64,000 nt of DNA from contig DIFN01000029.1 of assembly GCA_002419145.1 (NCBI GenBank), positions 12,584 to 76,583 of the forward strand, read 5' to 3'. Made by a program: the position numbers and the translations under genes. Position 1 is the stretch's first letter. The number at the start of each line of letters is the position of its first letter. The stretch is from Mageeibacillus sp. UBA5747. GTDB lineage: Bacteria > Bacillota > Clostridia > Saccharofermentanales > UBA5734. Shown here piece after piece: positions 62,547-64,000 of this stretch. The notes below the pieces were generated by a model that was given only the letters and a program-made list of their open reading frames with translations, ran no database searches and was not told the DNA's origin.

Positions 62547-64000
62547 TCAGCTGATAGTTCCACGCTCGACATCGACACTGACGATCGAGCCGGTTTTCAG
62601 GATCTTGGTGGCGTTTTCACAGGCATAGATCACCGGAATGTCCAGAGCCAGGCCAACGGTGGCTGTATGGCTGCATGGATCATCGTCTTCGACGATCATA
62701 GCCACAGCCTTTTTCATGAGATTGATCATACTGTTATCAGTACCATGGGCAACCAGGACATAATCTGACCGCAAGTCGGCCATGCGGACATCATCCGGAC
62801 TGTCGATGACGAGGACTTCACCGCTGACGTTGCCTGTACCGATGCCTTTGCCCTCGACAAGCAAACGGCCGATGGTCTGGACCTTGAGCGTGTTGGTCGT
62901 ACCACTCATGCCGATCGGCGTACCGCCGGTGATGACGACAACATCGCCATTGCTGACAAAGCCGGATTCGAGGGCTTTGTTCATGCCCAGCTCGAACATC
63001 GCATCTGTGGCGTAGACCTCATTGACGAGGAAAGGATAGACCCCCCAGGACAAGGACAGCTGGCGCAAAGACTCCTGCGAGACAGTGGTAGCAATGATCG
63101 GGCATTCCGGGCGGAAACGGGAAATCAGGCGAGCGGTGCGGCCACTGTGAGTGACAGCCACAATGGCCCTGGCTTTGAGGTCCATGGCCGTCATGCAGGT
63201 GGCATGGCTGATCGCATTGGCCACACTGGGGATCATCTGGTAATCGGTCTTGTTGAAATTGCCCCAGTAGTCGATGGTTTTTTCCGTCTGGCGGGCAATG
63301 CTGTCCATCATGGCCAGGCTTTCCACGGGGTATTTGCCTGCGGCAGTCTCGCCGGACAGCATAATGGCGCTGGTACCATCAAGGATGGCATTGGCGACGT
63401 CAGAGACCTCTGCCCGGGTCGGGCGGGGATTGCGCATCATGGAGTCCAGCATCTGGGTCGCTGTAATCGAGGGTTTGCCTACCTTGTAGCATTTCTCAAT
63501 CAGGGATTTCTGGATCGTCGGTACTTCCTGGATCGGAATCTCCACGCCGAGGTCACCACGGGCGACCATGATCCCATCAGACACTTTGAGGATTTCGTCA
63601 AAATTGACCACGCCCTCGCGATTTTCGATTTTGGCGATGATGTGCAGATGTTCACCGTTGTGCTTTTCCAGGATTTTGCGGATTTCGAGCACGTCGGCGG
63701 CCTTGCGGACGAAAGAAGCGGCGATGAAATCAAACCCCTGCTCGATGGCAAATTTAATGTCAGCGATGTCCTTGTCAGTCAGGGCTGGCAGATTGGTCGA
63801 AACGTTGGGTAAGTTGATGCTCTTGTGGTTGGAGACCGGACCGCCATTGAGGACGACGCAGTGGAGCTGCTCGTCTTCGATGGTCTGGACTTCCAGCTCA
63901 ATCAGGCCGTCGTCGATCAGGATGCGGTCGCCTGTTTTGAGGTCCTTGTGAATATCGGCATAGGAAACCGGGATGAAGGTCTCACTGCCCAGTTCCTGGG
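62547..64000 (-). CDS. pyk: pyruvate kinase with C-terminal PEP-utiliser mobile domain (5' end outside window)
   Basis: The reading frame stays open to the window edge. DFIAASFVRKAADVLEIRKIL, IIAKIENREGV and MVARGDLGVEIP are canonical PK blocks. The C-terminal ~90 aa resemble the extra domain of Bacillus-type PK. Confidence 0.9.
   Translation of the reverse strand, partial: QELGSETFIPVSYADIHKDLKTGDRILIDDGLIELEVQTIEDEQLHCVVLNGGPVSNHKSINLPNVSTNLPALTDKDIADIKFAIEQGFDFIAASFVRKAADVLEIRKILEKHNGEHLHIIAKIENREGVVNFDEILKVSDGIMVARGDLGVEIPIQEVPTIQKSLIEKCYKVGKPSITATQMLDSMMRNPRPTRAEVSDVANAILDGTSAIMLSGETAAGKYPVESLAMMDSIARQTEKTIDYWGNFNKTDYQMIPSVANAISHATCMTAMDLKARAIVAVTHSGRTARLISRFRPECPIIATTVSQESLRQLSLSWGVYPFLVNEVYATDAMFELGMNKALESGFVSNGDVVVITGGTPIGMSGTTNTLKVQTIGRLLVEGKGIGTGNVSGEVLVIDSPDDVRMADLRSDYVLVAHGTDNSMINLMKKAVAMIVEDDDPCSHTATVGLALDIPVIYACENATKILKTGSIVSVDVERGTIS

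Noticed and set aside
1-64000. Scan for CRISPR arrays, tRNA/rRNA genes, IS elements, prophage or integrase genes, and toxin-antitoxin or known defence-system gene sets.
   Set aside because: None found by eye. There are no spaced direct-repeat arrays longer than 3 units, no cloverleaf-like or rRNA-like conserved blocks, and no recombinase, nuclease-helicase or cyclase-effector combinations. The patatin gene has no CBASS-type partner.

Overview
Dense 64-kb chromosomal segment with about 60 protein genes. I recognised no rRNA, tRNA, CRISPR array, transposase or integrase. The gene content includes a rubredoxin/rubrerythrin cluster, a KamA-family radical-SAM aminomutase, strong GGAGG-type Shine-Dalgarno sites, a lipobox lipoprotein and a ydaO-type riboswitch. 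This points to an anaerobic Firmicutes/Clostridia-like organism of moderately high GC (mid-50s % by eye, not computed).

Modules in order:
- Two AraC regulators flanking an unknown enzyme.
- An orphan Fe-ADH C-terminal domain and a tandem USP.
- A rubredoxin/ferredoxin/rubrerythrin operon.
- xylAB with a LacI-type regulator and a duplicated palindromic operator.
- A small-protein/COG2403 P-loop/carbamate kinase operon.
- An ABC-2 exporter, an SdpI-like protein and a nitroreductase.
- The agmatine deiminase pathway (aguA, aguB).
- A decayed patch: a frameshifted permease, a MpsC/DUF2294-like remnant and an AT-rich spacer.
- An OmpR/HK pair with an HMA-DsbD_2-cupredoxin membrane protein.
- A c-di-AMP (ydaO-class) riboswitch in front of an uncharacterised secreted protein.
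- DUF3006, DsbA and a YbiT-like ABC-F.
- A seven-gene minus-strand block: BMP-type nucleoside ABC importer, then PiT, DUF47 and PPK2.
- A lipid cluster: patatin, acyl-CoA ligase, CDF and cardiolipin synthase.
- HIT, two MFS transporters and a second two-component system.
- An SDR next to a serine-palmitoyltransferase-like alpha-oxoamine synthase.
- A KamA-family enzyme whose substrate-binding residues look like glutamate (not lysine) 2,3-aminomutase.
- An operon of pyk, htrA, an unknown membrane protein, rlmI and a beta-CASP nuclease.

The items most worth follow-up are the riboswitch-controlled secreted protein, the in-frame Fdx-Rd-Rbr fusion with an internal ribosome-binding site, the SDR+SPT-like pair, the Eam-like aminomutase, and the small-protein/COG2403/arcC operon. 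All family assignments come from motif reading by eye. No database search was run.
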